A stretch of DNA of 36,851 bases from a virus (IMGVR_UViG_3300033434_000014:1-36851), one strand, 5' to 3'. Positions 1-8,831 are shown, counted from the first letter of the stretch. Numbers and translations: made by a program. Notes: a model not told the origin generated them from the sequence alone.

Positions 1-190
1 TATCTGCCGAGTACTCGTTATATAAATTGTTGCAATTATGACAAACATATTGAGATACTAAATCGCCGTCATATTTACCTGATTGATAAATGCAGCTACT
101 ACCTTTTGGTATTTTAATTGAGCAGCAGACACATTGATGATCTTTTTTAGTTGACTTTATGGTTTGAAAGCTGTAAAAATCCCAGCCCAT
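1..190 (-). CDS. Partial Cys-rich (zinc-finger-like) phage protein, runs off the window edge
   Basis: ATG at 190 after GGTGA; reads MGWDFYSF..HQCVCC..YVCHNC, open to position 1; not in the ORF track. Confidence 0.7.
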   Translation of the reverse strand, partial: MGWDFYSFQTIKSTKKDHQCVCCSIKIPKGSSCIYQSGKYDGDLVSQYVCHNCNNLYNEYSAD

Positions 191-393
191 TATTCACCAC
201 CCGCAGAATCATGTAGTTTAAAGGGGAAGGTAGGCTGTATACGCCGTTCTTCATGCCTTATAGCCGCGTAGACAGCCGCCTCCCGAAGTTCGGAAGGCGT
301 GAATTGGCACTCGTTGATAGCTTTTTCCATCATGTCAACCAGTGTATGAAATTTCGCGTCAGTATAGTAACGTTGCTCAACAGATTGCATCAT
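190..393 (-). CDS. Hypothetical phage protein
   Basis: ATGA overlap with upstream stop and GGAG RBS favour a start at 393 rather than 498. Confidence 0.7.
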   Translation of the reverse strand: MMQSVEQRYYTDAKFHTLVDMMEKAINECQFTPSELREAAVYAAIRHEERRIQPTFPFKLHDSAGGE

Positions 394-641
394 AGTTCTT
401 TCATCTCCTGCAAACAAAGTTGTCTCACTAATTTTAGCTTTTGGGCTACCGTTGATTTGTGGGGTATTTGTCCTCCCCAATTTAAATAACGGTAACAAGA
501 AACATAACTACCTGTCTTTTTCTGCTCCTGCTGCGCTGTTTTCTCGGCGGCGTCTTCAGCTCTTTTGTAGGCATCTAACAGTTCTTCTTCTTTTCGAGCA
601 TCTTCTACAAGGAACGCAATAACCTCTAATCGTGTTGTCAT
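390..641 (-). CDS. Hypothetical phage protein
   Basis: Coupled ORF with 4-nt overlaps at both ends. Confidence 0.7.
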   Translation of the reverse strand: MTTRLEVIAFLVEDARKEEELLDAYKRAEDAAEKTAQQEQKKTGSYVSCYRYLNWGGQIPHKSTVAQKLKLVRQLCLQEMKEL

Positions 642-931
642 ACTGCTGCCCGCCCCCTCAAGGTAGCCGCCAGCGTAGCAATAGTGAACTGCAGGTCGGG
701 TATTGTTCCCTTGCCGGCACGTAACCTTTCTTCAGCATCTACTACTTCTTGAGCATACGTTTCTAGGTCACCGATCCACAGCGTCATATTCCGGAACGCT
801 TGCGAAGTACGAATCAATTCTTGCTTTTCAATAGCCTCTATTTGCTGTTCATGCTTGTTAATTCTGGCTTGTGCGCTGGCTAACTCTTCAGCCAGGGTAT
901 TCATTTGCGCTTTCATCGGTACTCTTGGCAT
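638..931 (-). CDS. Hypothetical coiled-coil protein
   Basis: GGAGG RBS; heptad-like N-terminal half. Confidence 0.7.
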   Translation of the reverse strand: MPRVPMKAQMNTLAEELASAQARINKHEQQIEAIEKQELIRTSQAFRNMTLWIGDLETYAQEVVDAEERLRAGKGTIPDLQFTIATLAATLRGRAAV

Positions 932-932
932 G

Positions 933-1208
933 TCATACTACCTCCCACTTATCAAATACCTGTACTCTACGGGTTTTTCTCTTAACATTTATAAGGATGT
1001 AGCTGTGTACGGGCACAGCCCATATTGGGTGGCCGGTAAAGGTTTTCATGAATCTGTCTGCCGCCGCCTCTGTCCTGAAGACTTTTAAGTCATCTGGAAT
1101 TTCGCTATTAGGTACAATTCTATCTGTTGACGCATCAACCCAGTCGTCTGTCGTAAGCCAAAACGAGGCGTGGTCTTTACCGGCTATTAGTTTTACAGCT
1201 AAAGGCAT
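933..1208 (-). CDS. Hypothetical phage protein
   Basis: GAGGG RBS; tight packing in operon. Confidence 0.7.
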   Translation of the reverse strand: MPLAVKLIAGKDHASFWLTTDDWVDASTDRIVPNSEIPDDLKVFRTEAAADRFMKTFTGHPIWAVPVHSYILINVKRKTRRVQVFDKWEVV

Positions 1209-1212
1209 TAAA

Positions 1213-1578
1213 TCAAACCCTCTTCCCAGATTTAAAAGCTGTAGGCGGTAATATTTTAGCGTAAGCAGCTAATTGCTTTGCTCGGCAATCCAGTTTGTCG
1301 CAAGTGATACAATACTCAATTTGCGGTAATAAGAAGGGGAATAGGCAGTTTTTAGCAAGGTTCCACCAGTCTCCATAGGCCACGGTTTGGGCTAGGAAGG
1401 TTTTACCATATTGGCGCCCTGAAAAGATTTTATAATCCATCTGTATTTGATAATTAACTAGCCGTTGCATAACGCGTGCCGCTTTAGCTGCTTTCTTAAA
1501 CCTGGCCTTAACTGCGGCTAATAGTGGCGGGTTACTGATTCGTTTGGCTCTTTTCTTGTTACACTGTCGAATATTCAT
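1213..1578 (-). CDS. Hypothetical basic protein
   Basis: GAGGTG RBS and ATGA overlap give a start at 1578. Confidence 0.65.
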   Translation of the reverse strand: MNIRQCNKKRAKRISNPPLLAAVKARFKKAAKAARVMQRLVNYQIQMDYKIFSGRQYGKTFLAQTVAYGDWWNLAKNCLFPFLLPQIEYCITCDKLDCRAKQLAAYAKILPPTAFKSGKRV

Positions 1579-2195
1579 TCTGCACCTCTCCTTATTAGAT
1601 ACACTTTTCGTGAAACTTTGCCACACTGTAAAGCTTGTTTATGGTCGTCCATAAATACATCAATACGCTTACCTTTAATGGCTCCCCCGCGATCCTCAAC
1701 ATACCTAGTACCCACACCATCTATGTATACGATGGATCTAGGCGGCAAAACACACCAGTCTGCGGCTATTGTACGCCCCTCTACAGCCGTAGATCCTATA
1801 GCGGTAATACCATAGTCTTCGTCTCCTATATCTTTTCCGGTACTCTCTGGCCCTGCCGTGTAGAAGGTTATGGTAAAATTACCAAGAGGTACGCCACGGT
1901 GAACGCCGCCCCTGCTAGTACTCCCGTAAGAAATATCCTCAAGTGCGTATTCGGAAGGTGCTTCTTCGGGGGCGGTTGTGCTGCCTGTGGCCCCAGTGAC
2001 TGGTAATATTCCTCTAGCTGCGTCTTCAGTTGTCGGTTCTCCGCTTCCATGTCGGCAATCGTGGACCACAATTCCCTCTCCTTGTTCCGTGGTGGCTTTT
2101 TCCTTTTCGTGTAAAACTTCCCCATACAGCGCACCCCTCATTATTAATATCGATAGGATCACCAAACATAAATTACTTTTTACGTTTTTTAGCAG
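1575..2195 (-). CDS. 3D-domain (MltA-like, peptidoglycan-related) exported or membrane-anchored protein; probable CTG start (TTG 2165 is the alternative)
   Basis: C-terminal TFYT..TAIG..TIAAD..VEDRGGAIKGKRIDVF with the three Asp of 3D domains; SRGG pre-domain motif; basic plus hydrophobic N-terminus. Confidence 0.85.
   Translation of the reverse strand: MLKNVKSNLCLVILSILIMRGALYGEVLHEKEKATTEQGEGIVVHDCRHGSGEPTTEDAARGILPVTGATGSTTAPEEAPSEYALEDISYGSTSRGGVHRGVPLGNFTITFYTAGPESTGKDIGDEDYGITAIGSTAVEGRTIAADWCVLPPRSIVYIDGVGTRYVEDRGGAIKGKRIDVFMDDHKQALQCGKVSRKVYLIRRGAE
1599..1615. repeat. 17-bp dispersed palindrome, 1 mismatch
   Basis: ATACAC TTTTC GTGAAA. Confidence 0.65.
1868..2125 (-). CDS. Nested out-of-frame gene: coiled-coil protein with a C-terminal transmembrane helix
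   Basis: Own RBS GAGGGGTG 6 nt before ATG 2125; basic N-terminus, coiled coil, Pro-rich linker, TM segment IFLTGVLAGAAFTVAYLLVILP. Confidence 0.6.
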   Translation of the reverse strand: MGKFYTKRKKPPRNKERELWSTIADMEAENRQLKTQLEEYYQSLGPQAAQPPPKKHLPNTHLRIFLTGVLAGAAFTVAYLLVILP

Positions 2196-2394
2196 TACCC
2201 ATCACTTCCTTTCTCCACTTAGTAACCCACGGACTGGGTATGTCGGTTGTCTTGCATGCCATGCCACAGCTTCCTTTCTTCTCACAATGGAAGCAGCAGG
2301 CTTTAGGGTTTTTATTACTGCAGAGAACATCGTTTTCGCATTCTTGTGCTTCGTAACGAGGGCATAGCTTAAAGTTAAGTTTAGATTTAGTCAT
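2173..2394 (-). CDS. Small Cys-rich hypothetical protein
   Basis: Many Cys (CCFHC, CGMAC); AGGTGG RBS. Confidence 0.65.
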   Translation of the reverse strand: MTKSKLNFKLCPRYEAQECENDVLCSNKNPKACCFHCEKKGSCGMACKTTDIPSPWVTKWRKEVMGTAKKRKK

Positions 2395-2797
2395 TACAGC
2401 TTTTGTCCACCTTTCGAGCATTAATTAAAGCCGTAGCAACCATATTGACGCTTTCCTCAAGTCGGTGTTTTAAAGCTGTTGTGCTGAAATCCTTTAGTTC
2501 GGCAGGCAAGTATTCAATAACCTCCTCAACCAATAACTGAAAAGGATCTAGCAGCATATGGGACAATTCATGTACTAAGTCCTCTTCAAGGTAAATGGTA
2601 TCTACTAAACTGATTACAGAACCATGGTGGTGCCAATCACGCGAATTCATACCTGTACACTCCTGTCCGGCATACTTCGGGTATTTATAATCAAATTCCG
2701 CACGACTAATTACTTCTACCGTAATATCCCAGTCCATTAACCGTAAAGCTTGTTGCCATTCTTTAGCTTGCTGCTCAATAGGTTTATATACTGTCAT
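2387..2797 (-). CDS. Putative HExxH metallopeptidase-like protein
   Basis: LVHELSH motif followed by a downstream EE. Confidence 0.55.
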   Translation of the reverse strand: MTVYKPIEQQAKEWQQALRLMDWDITVEVISRAEFDYKYPKYAGQECTGMNSRDWHHHGSVISLVDTIYLEEDLVHELSHMLLDPFQLLVEEVIEYLPAELKDFSTTALKHRLEESVNMVATALINARKVDKSCND

Positions 2798-3092
2798 TCT
2801 TCTTACCCTCTTCCATGTTGCTAAGTTTGTGAGTAGACCAGTTCAGTAATGCGGATAGCGCGGCTTCCTCAGCTTGTTTTTCACAATCATAACCGTTTTT
2901 ACCTACGCGGATTTGCGCACCATGCCTAAGTTTATACATTGGAATATCTACAGCAAACCGGTCTATTGTGTCCCCGTTAGGCTCTATGTCGCACCCACAA
3001 TATAGTATTTCACCTATAACTATGTTGTTTCGAAGAACCTTGTAGTATCCTTTTCGTATTTTTTTAGCTATAAGCATAACCTCAGTCACCAC
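2784..3092 (-). CDS. Hypothetical phage protein
   Basis: Coupled ORF in operon. Confidence 0.65.
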   Translation of the reverse strand: MVTEVMLIAKKIRKGYYKVLRNNIVIGEILYCGCDIEPNGDTIDRFAVDIPMYKLRHGAQIRVGKNGYDCEKQAEEAALSALLNWSTHKLSNMEEGKKNDSI

Positions 3093-3630
3093 CCTTCCCC
3101 ATCAAAGCATCCACCATAGCGGTCTCTACAGCCGTTTCCTCATAGTCCTGATACTGGCAAGTATCTTCATCGGCACAGCAATTCAGGGCTTCTACGCCTG
3201 TGTCCATCAAAGTGGTACGTAAGGTACATTGGCATATTTCCCCTGCACCGTGAGCCTTACAGCGTTTGCAGTAGCCTGCAATAGCGAATTCCACTATTGT
3301 ATAAAAGGCGTCCTTATCAATTTTTACAGTGCTGTTTAGGTTTTCTATCGCCTTTAGTTCACGAATTGCATCATCCGTGTACTTCGTAATAACTTTGACC
3401 TTGTTGCTTTCGGCTGTGACATATGCTAGTTCTTTGGTGTCCAATGGCTGTAGCAGTTCTTCCTTAGCCTTTTTTGTCCAGGTTCCTGCTAATCTCAGAC
3501 ACTTGACTATCTCTTTACGTTGCGGATACTTAGCCATAACATCAGCAGCAGCGCGGGACCAGGCATATAGAGCGCTCATGATATAACAAGTATCCCGTTC
3601 GGCATTATTCAGATATCTTCTTACAGCCAT
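3082..3630 (-). CDS. Conserved Bacillota prophage protein (DUF5651-like) with C-terminal Cys cluster
   Basis: N-terminal RYLN..ER and C-terminal CxxC..C..C pattern recalled for this family. Confidence 0.5.
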   Translation of the reverse strand: MAVRRYLNNAERDTCYIMSALYAWSRAAADVMAKYPQRKEIVKCLRLAGTWTKKAKEELLQPLDTKELAYVTAESNKVKVITKYTDDAIRELKAIENLNSTVKIDKDAFYTIVEFAIAGYCKRCKAHGAGEICQCTLRTTLMDTGVEALNCCADEDTCQYQDYEETAVETAMVDALMGKGGD

Positions 3631-3830
3631 TTAGTCATCATCCTTTTGTAGCTATTCTCGACGTAGTCACTAGCTCTGTAGCAAGGATTCTTTACACCAG
3701 GACCGACGACTACGCCGGTCCTTTTGTCTTTACGGGATTCGTTTACAGTAAAGCCTATAATGTTATATGGTCTGCCTGTTCTTGGATTTACGTCCTGGGA
3801 TATGATTTCCGCTAGTTGTTCACTTTGCAT
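3621..3830 (-). CDS. Hypothetical phage protein
   Basis: AGGGG RBS before ATG 3830. Confidence 0.6.
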   Translation of the reverse strand: MQSEQLAEIISQDVNPRTGRPYNIIGFTVNESRKDKRTGVVVGPGVKNPCYRASDYVENSYKRMMTKWL

Positions 3831-4302
3831 TGTAATAACCCCTAACCCTATTCTTTTCGATAACCTTTTTTCGTAGGTCGCGCCGCTGCTGTTCATCTAA
3901 ACCCCGAATAGCCAGCAGGGTTTCGGCACTCATTTGAATGTCAACAATTTCCATGTTCATAGCTAAGTCGTTTTTTGCGTCGTTTTCTGCGTACTCCCCT
4001 TGCCTGTCCCACAGGCACTTATCCCATGCGAGTTCTAATTCGAGTACTTCAGACTTTAGGTGTCCGATTTGAGTGTATTCAACATTGTTTAGAAAAGCTG
4101 TAGCCGGTCTTAGGTCGGATTCTCTGCGCTCCGTCAACTCGTCCAACAATGACCTTATATCTTTTATACTAATATTGGTGACGCTTTTCTGTGGTTCAGT
4201 TACAGGCGGCGTCCAGTCTGGGCAACCAGAGTTAGGCGTTCCGTGAGATGGGCATGAATTTTCATTACAGTTTACACATGTTTCTTTAGGCATTTTGTTC
4301 AC
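3820..4302 (-). CDS. MazG-like all-alpha NTP pyrophosphohydrolase with N-terminal Cys cluster
   Basis: SEVLELE (ExxE) and EIVD (ExxD) motifs, C-terminal KN..RGYY. Confidence 0.6.
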   Translation of the reverse strand: MNKMPKETCVNCNENSCPSHGTPNSGCPDWTPPVTEPQKSVTNISIKDIRSLLDELTERRESDLRPATAFLNNVEYTQIGHLKSEVLELELAWDKCLWDRQGEYAENDAKNDLAMNMEIVDIQMSAETLLAIRGLDEQQRRDLRKKVIEKNRVRGYYNAK

Positions 4303-4864
4303 TCCTTTTCTTAGGTTTTAATAAAGGCAGGTATATTGTCTGTTTCGCAGGTTCAGTACCCCAAACAGTCCAAATACATTCCATTGTAGGACGTCCACCC
4401 TTTGTGCCAAAATGGAAGTCCGGTCGCCATGTTAAGGGCAGTACAGCCATAGGTGGGAATTCCCAGAATAGTTTCGCGCCCCGGCATTCAGCATGCCAGC
4501 ACTGCGACTTTGCTAATAACGCAAATGGTTTGCCGTGTACTATACTCCTGCGAACAAATTCCTCAAATAAATTGAATGGTGGGTTTGTGATTATCCAATC
4601 ACACCTGGGTATACTTGCTTCAAGGTAATCAGTATGAGGAACACCGAATCCATAATCATGCAGGTCTGTAGGAAATACAGTATATCCACAGCTTCTTAGA
4701 GCTTTTACCATATGTCCCTCTCCGCAAGCCGGTTCCCATATTACTGTGTCTTCTGGCAGGTTTAGGAAATCCAGCAGAGCGAGCGTCACGTTCTCTGGTG
4801 TAGGGTAGAAATCAGTTTTCGGTCTATCGGCGGCTGATTCATTCGCAAGTGTTGTGCCTTTAAT
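4286..4864 (-). CDS. DNA N6-adenine methyltransferase; probable ATT start
   Basis: DFYPTP, WEPACGEG (SAM binding), IITNPPF (catalytic); GAGGTG RBS 6 nt before ATT at 4864. Confidence 0.85.
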   Translation of the reverse strand: MKGTTLANESAADRPKTDFYPTPENVTLALLDFLNLPEDTVIWEPACGEGHMVKALRSCGYTVFPTDLHDYGFGVPHTDYLEASIPRCDWIITNPPFNLFEEFVRRSIVHGKPFALLAKSQCWHAECRGAKLFWEFPPMAVLPLTWRPDFHFGTKGGRPTMECIWTVWGTEPAKQTIYLPLLKPKKRSEQNA

Positions 4865-7445
4865 GCTGATCACCTCGTTTCGTTTCCAGCCATTTTTCGA
4901 GAGACATCTTTTCACCCCAACGATAACCGACTGATGCTTCAGCTATTATCGGTACAGGGAAGTCCGGGATAGGTGGCTGCTCCATTAGAGCCTTAATAAA
5001 GTTACCCGCTTTTTCCACTAATAGTGGATCATCATCCATTTCCAGTATAATTTCATCGTGAATCTGACCTACCATGTCCGTCTTACCGTGCTGTAAAATG
5101 TCGCTCTTACCTATTTCTTCGTATACAGCATTTTGACACTTCTTCATAATATCTGCAGCTCCGCCTTGGATTCTCGTATTCCCCGCTCTACGTTCGTCAG
5201 ATCCACGTAACGTGTTATTTGATGTGTTGATATTTGGCAACATTCGAATATAGCCGTAAATAGTCTGGACATAACCATTTTCCCTTGCAAAAAGGGTTGA
5301 GTCTCTTTGGTACTCAGGTATCCGTTTGTATGTCCCCATAACTGATTGAACAATATGGTCACACTCAGCTAATGTTTTACGAATACCATTTTGCGTTTTA
5401 AGGGTTTTTTGAAGCGCGTGAGGGCCTCCACCATAGTTACACCCGAAGTTGCCTGCCTTGGCATTCGTTCTCTCAGCTTTAGTTATTTCTGATTCAGGCT
5501 TGCCTGTCATCGTGGCCGCGGTCTTTCTATGAAGGTCGCCACCATGTAGAAAAGCGTCAATCATTGTTTCATCCTTAGACGCCCACGCCATTAACCGTAA
5601 TTCAAATCCGGAGAAGTCAATAAAGAATAAGATTTTACCGGAAGGTGCTTCATAGAAGTTACGAACATTGATACTTCCTATAGGATCACGGCTGACATTT
5701 TGTTGATTAGGCGATTGTGAATTAAGTCTAGAAGTTTCCGTCCACTGCGTATAACCAGCGTGGATACGCCTCGATATAGGGTTTATATACTTTTGTCTGC
5801 CTATAATGTGGCTGGAAATCAATGTTGTATATGTTTGAACTGTTTGAATTAAGTCAATAAACCGTAAAGCGGTTTCCTTATGCTCGTAGTCCGGACGCTG
5901 TTTAACTCTAACCGCGGCTCGTTCATCTTTCCCGAAATCCGGATCACTACTTACGTCCCGCGTTTCCCAATCTTCAGGAAGTTCTACAGCTAGGTATTTT
6001 TCTTCTTTAATGTCGTGTAATTTATTTTCCAGCATGAACCGCATATCAATTAGTGATTCTTCATCCAGTGAGGGTCTGTCTGTCTTATCACTGACCTTCG
6101 CTATCGGGGCACCTAAGACATCGAACAGGAAGTACTGTACACTACCCGTCTTGCCTGTCTTCCCGGTATCCAGGTCATAGTCAAACTGCTCTTTAGCAAT
6201 CTTAACCATTTCAGTGATAGCCGCGTCCCTTATGTTCTCGGCTTCTTGTCTTTTTTGCTCGGCAAGATCATCGTCCCAGGCCATACCCCAGTACTCCATC
6301 AAACCGATTACACGTGTGAAGGGCATTTCAATATTGTGTAACCAATCATCGTACATTGGTATTTGTTTAGCTATCTCACGCCAATACAGGTAATGCTGTA
6401 CTGCGTAATCAGAGTCCTCCGCGCTGTAAATGAGCGCGTCTTGGTGGTCCGCGGAAATCTCTGAGAAAAACTGCACTCCGTGTTTCTTGAGCAACTCTTC
6501 GAAGTTACCCATCTTAACCCCGAAGTACTCCCACGTCATTGGCTTGAGACCTTTGCCCGTAGCCGGACGCTTAACATCAAGGATCTTCTGCGGGGCTACC
6601 ACCTGCATACATCTTACCCACATAATCAAGGGGTCAGCAACAGGCTCCATGATGTACATACCTAGTTTAGTGGTTTGTTTGGTTTCAAAGGAAAGGTTTA
6701 CAGCTACCTTAGTTATCTTACGGTTTTGGAAGAGGTGTTTATTGAGAATTTCGAATACTTCTTTTCTGACAAGGTCGGCATAGTCACTGGGGAGCATAAA
6801 AGATGAACCACTTTTATACTCCATATTTTCTTTTATATTGTTAACATTTAATTTATACTGATTAGCACCAGGATTACCTATAAACACAACCCGCGCTTCA
6901 TGTGGAGCAGCACTTAGGGACACCGTACATATTTCTGACTTCCATGGATCAAGCGGCGCTCTTAGGAAGTCAGCACTTGCAGCTTTTTCATACGCCTTGT
7001 TCACAGCTCCAAGTTCTTTGTCGCGTTCCTTGTCGAGCTTTTTAAAAGTTGTAGACGACGTAGGGTCAAGCCTGTCTAATGTGTCCATTTCACACTGGTA
7101 TTCGTCGTTGATTCTGTCAATCTCTGACGCAAACTCACGCTCTTTTACAGCCCATATAGCACGGTACTCGTCTGTTACCGTAGTTTCATAATCGAATCCG
7201 CATATGCCTTTTTCTTCACAGCGTTTCAGGTATTTAATTAGTTCGTTTGCTGTGGTAATTACTTTGTAATCCTTTGCCTGTTGAATAGGCATCGGGGGCC
7301 AAGTGATATTAAACTCCCCTGGCTTCTTTTTAGGCTTCACAGGGGACAGCGTTTTTTGCTGTTCCCCTGTAGACTGAATTTGTACTGCCCTGCTCGCTAG
7401 AGGCTTCTTACCTCCTATAATAAATGATCCGTCTCCGAATTTCAT
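4860..7445 (-). CDS. polA: Family A DNA polymerase with 3'-5' exonuclease domain
   Basis: ExoI FDYET; motif A DFSGFELR, motif B RTNAKAGNFGCNYG, motif C IHDEI. Confidence 0.95.
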   Translation of the reverse strand: MKFGDGSFIIGGKKPLASRAVQIQSTGEQQKTLSPVKPKKKPGEFNITWPPMPIQQAKDYKVITTANELIKYLKRCEEKGICGFDYETTVTDEYRAIWAVKEREFASEIDRINDEYQCEMDTLDRLDPTSSTTFKKLDKERDKELGAVNKAYEKAASADFLRAPLDPWKSEICTVSLSAAPHEARVVFIGNPGANQYKLNVNNIKENMEYKSGSSFMLPSDYADLVRKEVFEILNKHLFQNRKITKVAVNLSFETKQTTKLGMYIMEPVADPLIMWVRCMQVVAPQKILDVKRPATGKGLKPMTWEYFGVKMGNFEELLKKHGVQFFSEISADHQDALIYSAEDSDYAVQHYLYWREIAKQIPMYDDWLHNIEMPFTRVIGLMEYWGMAWDDDLAEQKRQEAENIRDAAITEMVKIAKEQFDYDLDTGKTGKTGSVQYFLFDVLGAPIAKVSDKTDRPSLDEESLIDMRFMLENKLHDIKEEKYLAVELPEDWETRDVSSDPDFGKDERAAVRVKQRPDYEHKETALRFIDLIQTVQTYTTLISSHIIGRQKYINPISRRIHAGYTQWTETSRLNSQSPNQQNVSRDPIGSINVRNFYEAPSGKILFFIDFSGFELRLMAWASKDETMIDAFLHGGDLHRKTAATMTGKPESEITKAERTNAKAGNFGCNYGGGPHALQKTLKTQNGIRKTLAECDHIVQSVMGTYKRIPEYQRDSTLFARENGYVQTIYGYIRMLPNINTSNNTLRGSDERRAGNTRIQGGAADIMKKCQNAVYEEIGKSDILQHGKTDMVGQIHDEIILEMDDDPLLVEKAGNFIKALMEQPPIPDFPVPIIAEASVGYRWGEKMSLEKWLETKRGDQH
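5013..5029. repeat. 17-bp dispersed palindrome, 1 mismatch
   Basis: TTCCAC TAATA GTGGAT. Confidence 0.65.
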
Positions 7446-7458
7446 AGGACACCTTCTT

Positions 7459-7475
7459 TTTCACGTTTAGTGGAA
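7459..7475. repeat. 17-bp dispersed palindrome, exact
   Basis: TTTCAC GTTTA GTGGAA, beside the polA RBS. Confidence 0.8.
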
Positions 7476-8472
7476 TTGGTTATCTGATTCTGTGCTTGGC
7501 TTCATACCTGAGAGTATATGGGCTATTACGCTAACTGTCCAGCCATTACCGAGCAACTTATACCTTTGATTATCAGAGCAACTAGCTGTATACATTTCTG
7601 GTACTGTTTGAAGTCTTTCACATTCCAGTGGAGTTAGTTTGCGGATGAAGTTATTGGTTAATATCCCATGTTTATCCTGAGCGGTTAACGTATAAAATTT
7701 ACTGTGTGGTGGTTTAAATCTTCTTCCGTTTTGTTTTTTGCTTAACCTATCTGGTGTTAAACACGGTAATGCATACAGCCCCGTTTTAGCTCCAAGACCA
7801 CAGGCATCCCCACACAAGGTTACAGACTTATCGTGTATGCTGTATATCCGATTACCCTGGTTGTCTGAGCCTATATAAGCTATTTTTCTTCGCTTAACTT
7901 CGTTTTCTAGAATAACAACTAGTCTGTTAGGGTTGATAAGGTACTTAGCGTCTACAGTATCTTCGAGTACGTCCTCAACCGTTTCTGGACATTTGGTCCA
8001 CTCTTTTTCAAAAGGGATATTTGTCCAATACCATCTTACACGGTCTTGAGCAGAAAAGTCAGCAGAGTTTATTTTTATGGGTTCAACTTTCATGTGCTCT
8101 GTAATAATGTTTAGGTACTCTTTTTTCATGTTAACATTTTCAAGCAAAAAATACTTTGGCTGTAGTTCTTCTTTTACTCTTATGTAGTCAAAAAAACAGC
8201 CTACTCCTTGGATCGGAAAAGTTTAGTTGTTTACCCGCGAAACTAAACCCTTGACAGGGGCTACCACCCATCAATAAGTCAATTTCTGGTAACGTACTGA
8301 GGTCTATACTAGTCACGCCCCCTAGTTGCTTGGTTTCAGGAAAGTTATTTATTGTAACTTGAATTGCGTACTTATCAATTTCGCTTGCAAAATAGTTGCT
8401 CACGTGTATCCCAGCTCTTCGCAGTGCTAGCTGACCACCGCTCATACCATCGAATAGTGATAAGACATTCAT
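7467..8472 (-). pseudogene. C5-cytosine DNA methyltransferase split by a +1 frameshift in a T7 run (8190-8196)
   Basis: 5' ORF has SLFDG and GGSPCQGFS; 3' ORF has ENV, Q.R.R, RKLTPLECERLQ and LGNGW; removing one T restores LFFDYIRVKEELQPKYFLLENV. Confidence 0.9.
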
Positions 8473-8831
8473 AAATCATCGGCCCCAACTTCTTCATAAG
8501 TCATATGGAATATATCTGGCTTGCATGGGTATCTTTCACCTACCACACCCGTAATGATGTAGTCGCCCTCGGATATTTCATGCTTTCCTTCCTTAGTCTT
8601 AATATAGGGCATAGGCGTTTCATAAATAATGTCGTCATATTTCCGGTCTTCGTCTTCCATAAAAATAAAACCCAGATTAAGTTCCACGAATTTTTCAGCT
8701 CTTTCTTTGGACTCAAATACCTTTTCATAGTTGAATGCATTACCACTAAAATGGACTACCCAACCATCTTCCACTCCAGGGTGGTAAACTTCAGCGTCGA
8801 CTACAACAGGTCTTTTACGATACTTAGCCAC
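8469..8831 (-). CDS. Widespread phage protein of the KYRK.PV / GDYII / YPCKPDIF type
   Basis: Characteristic motifs KYRKRPVVVDA, IKTKEG, GDYIITGVVGERYPCKPDIF..TY. Confidence 0.75.
   Translation of the reverse strand: MAKYRKRPVVVDAEVYHPGVEDGWVVHFSGNAFNYEKVFESKERAEKFVELNLGFIFMEDEDRKYDDIIYETPMPYIKTKEGKHEISEGDYIITGVVGERYPCKPDIFHMTYEEVGADDL

Noticed and set aside
6955-7178. polA insertion as an intein or intron
   Set aside because: No Cys/Ser start or His-Asn end, frame is uninterrupted, and it is too short.
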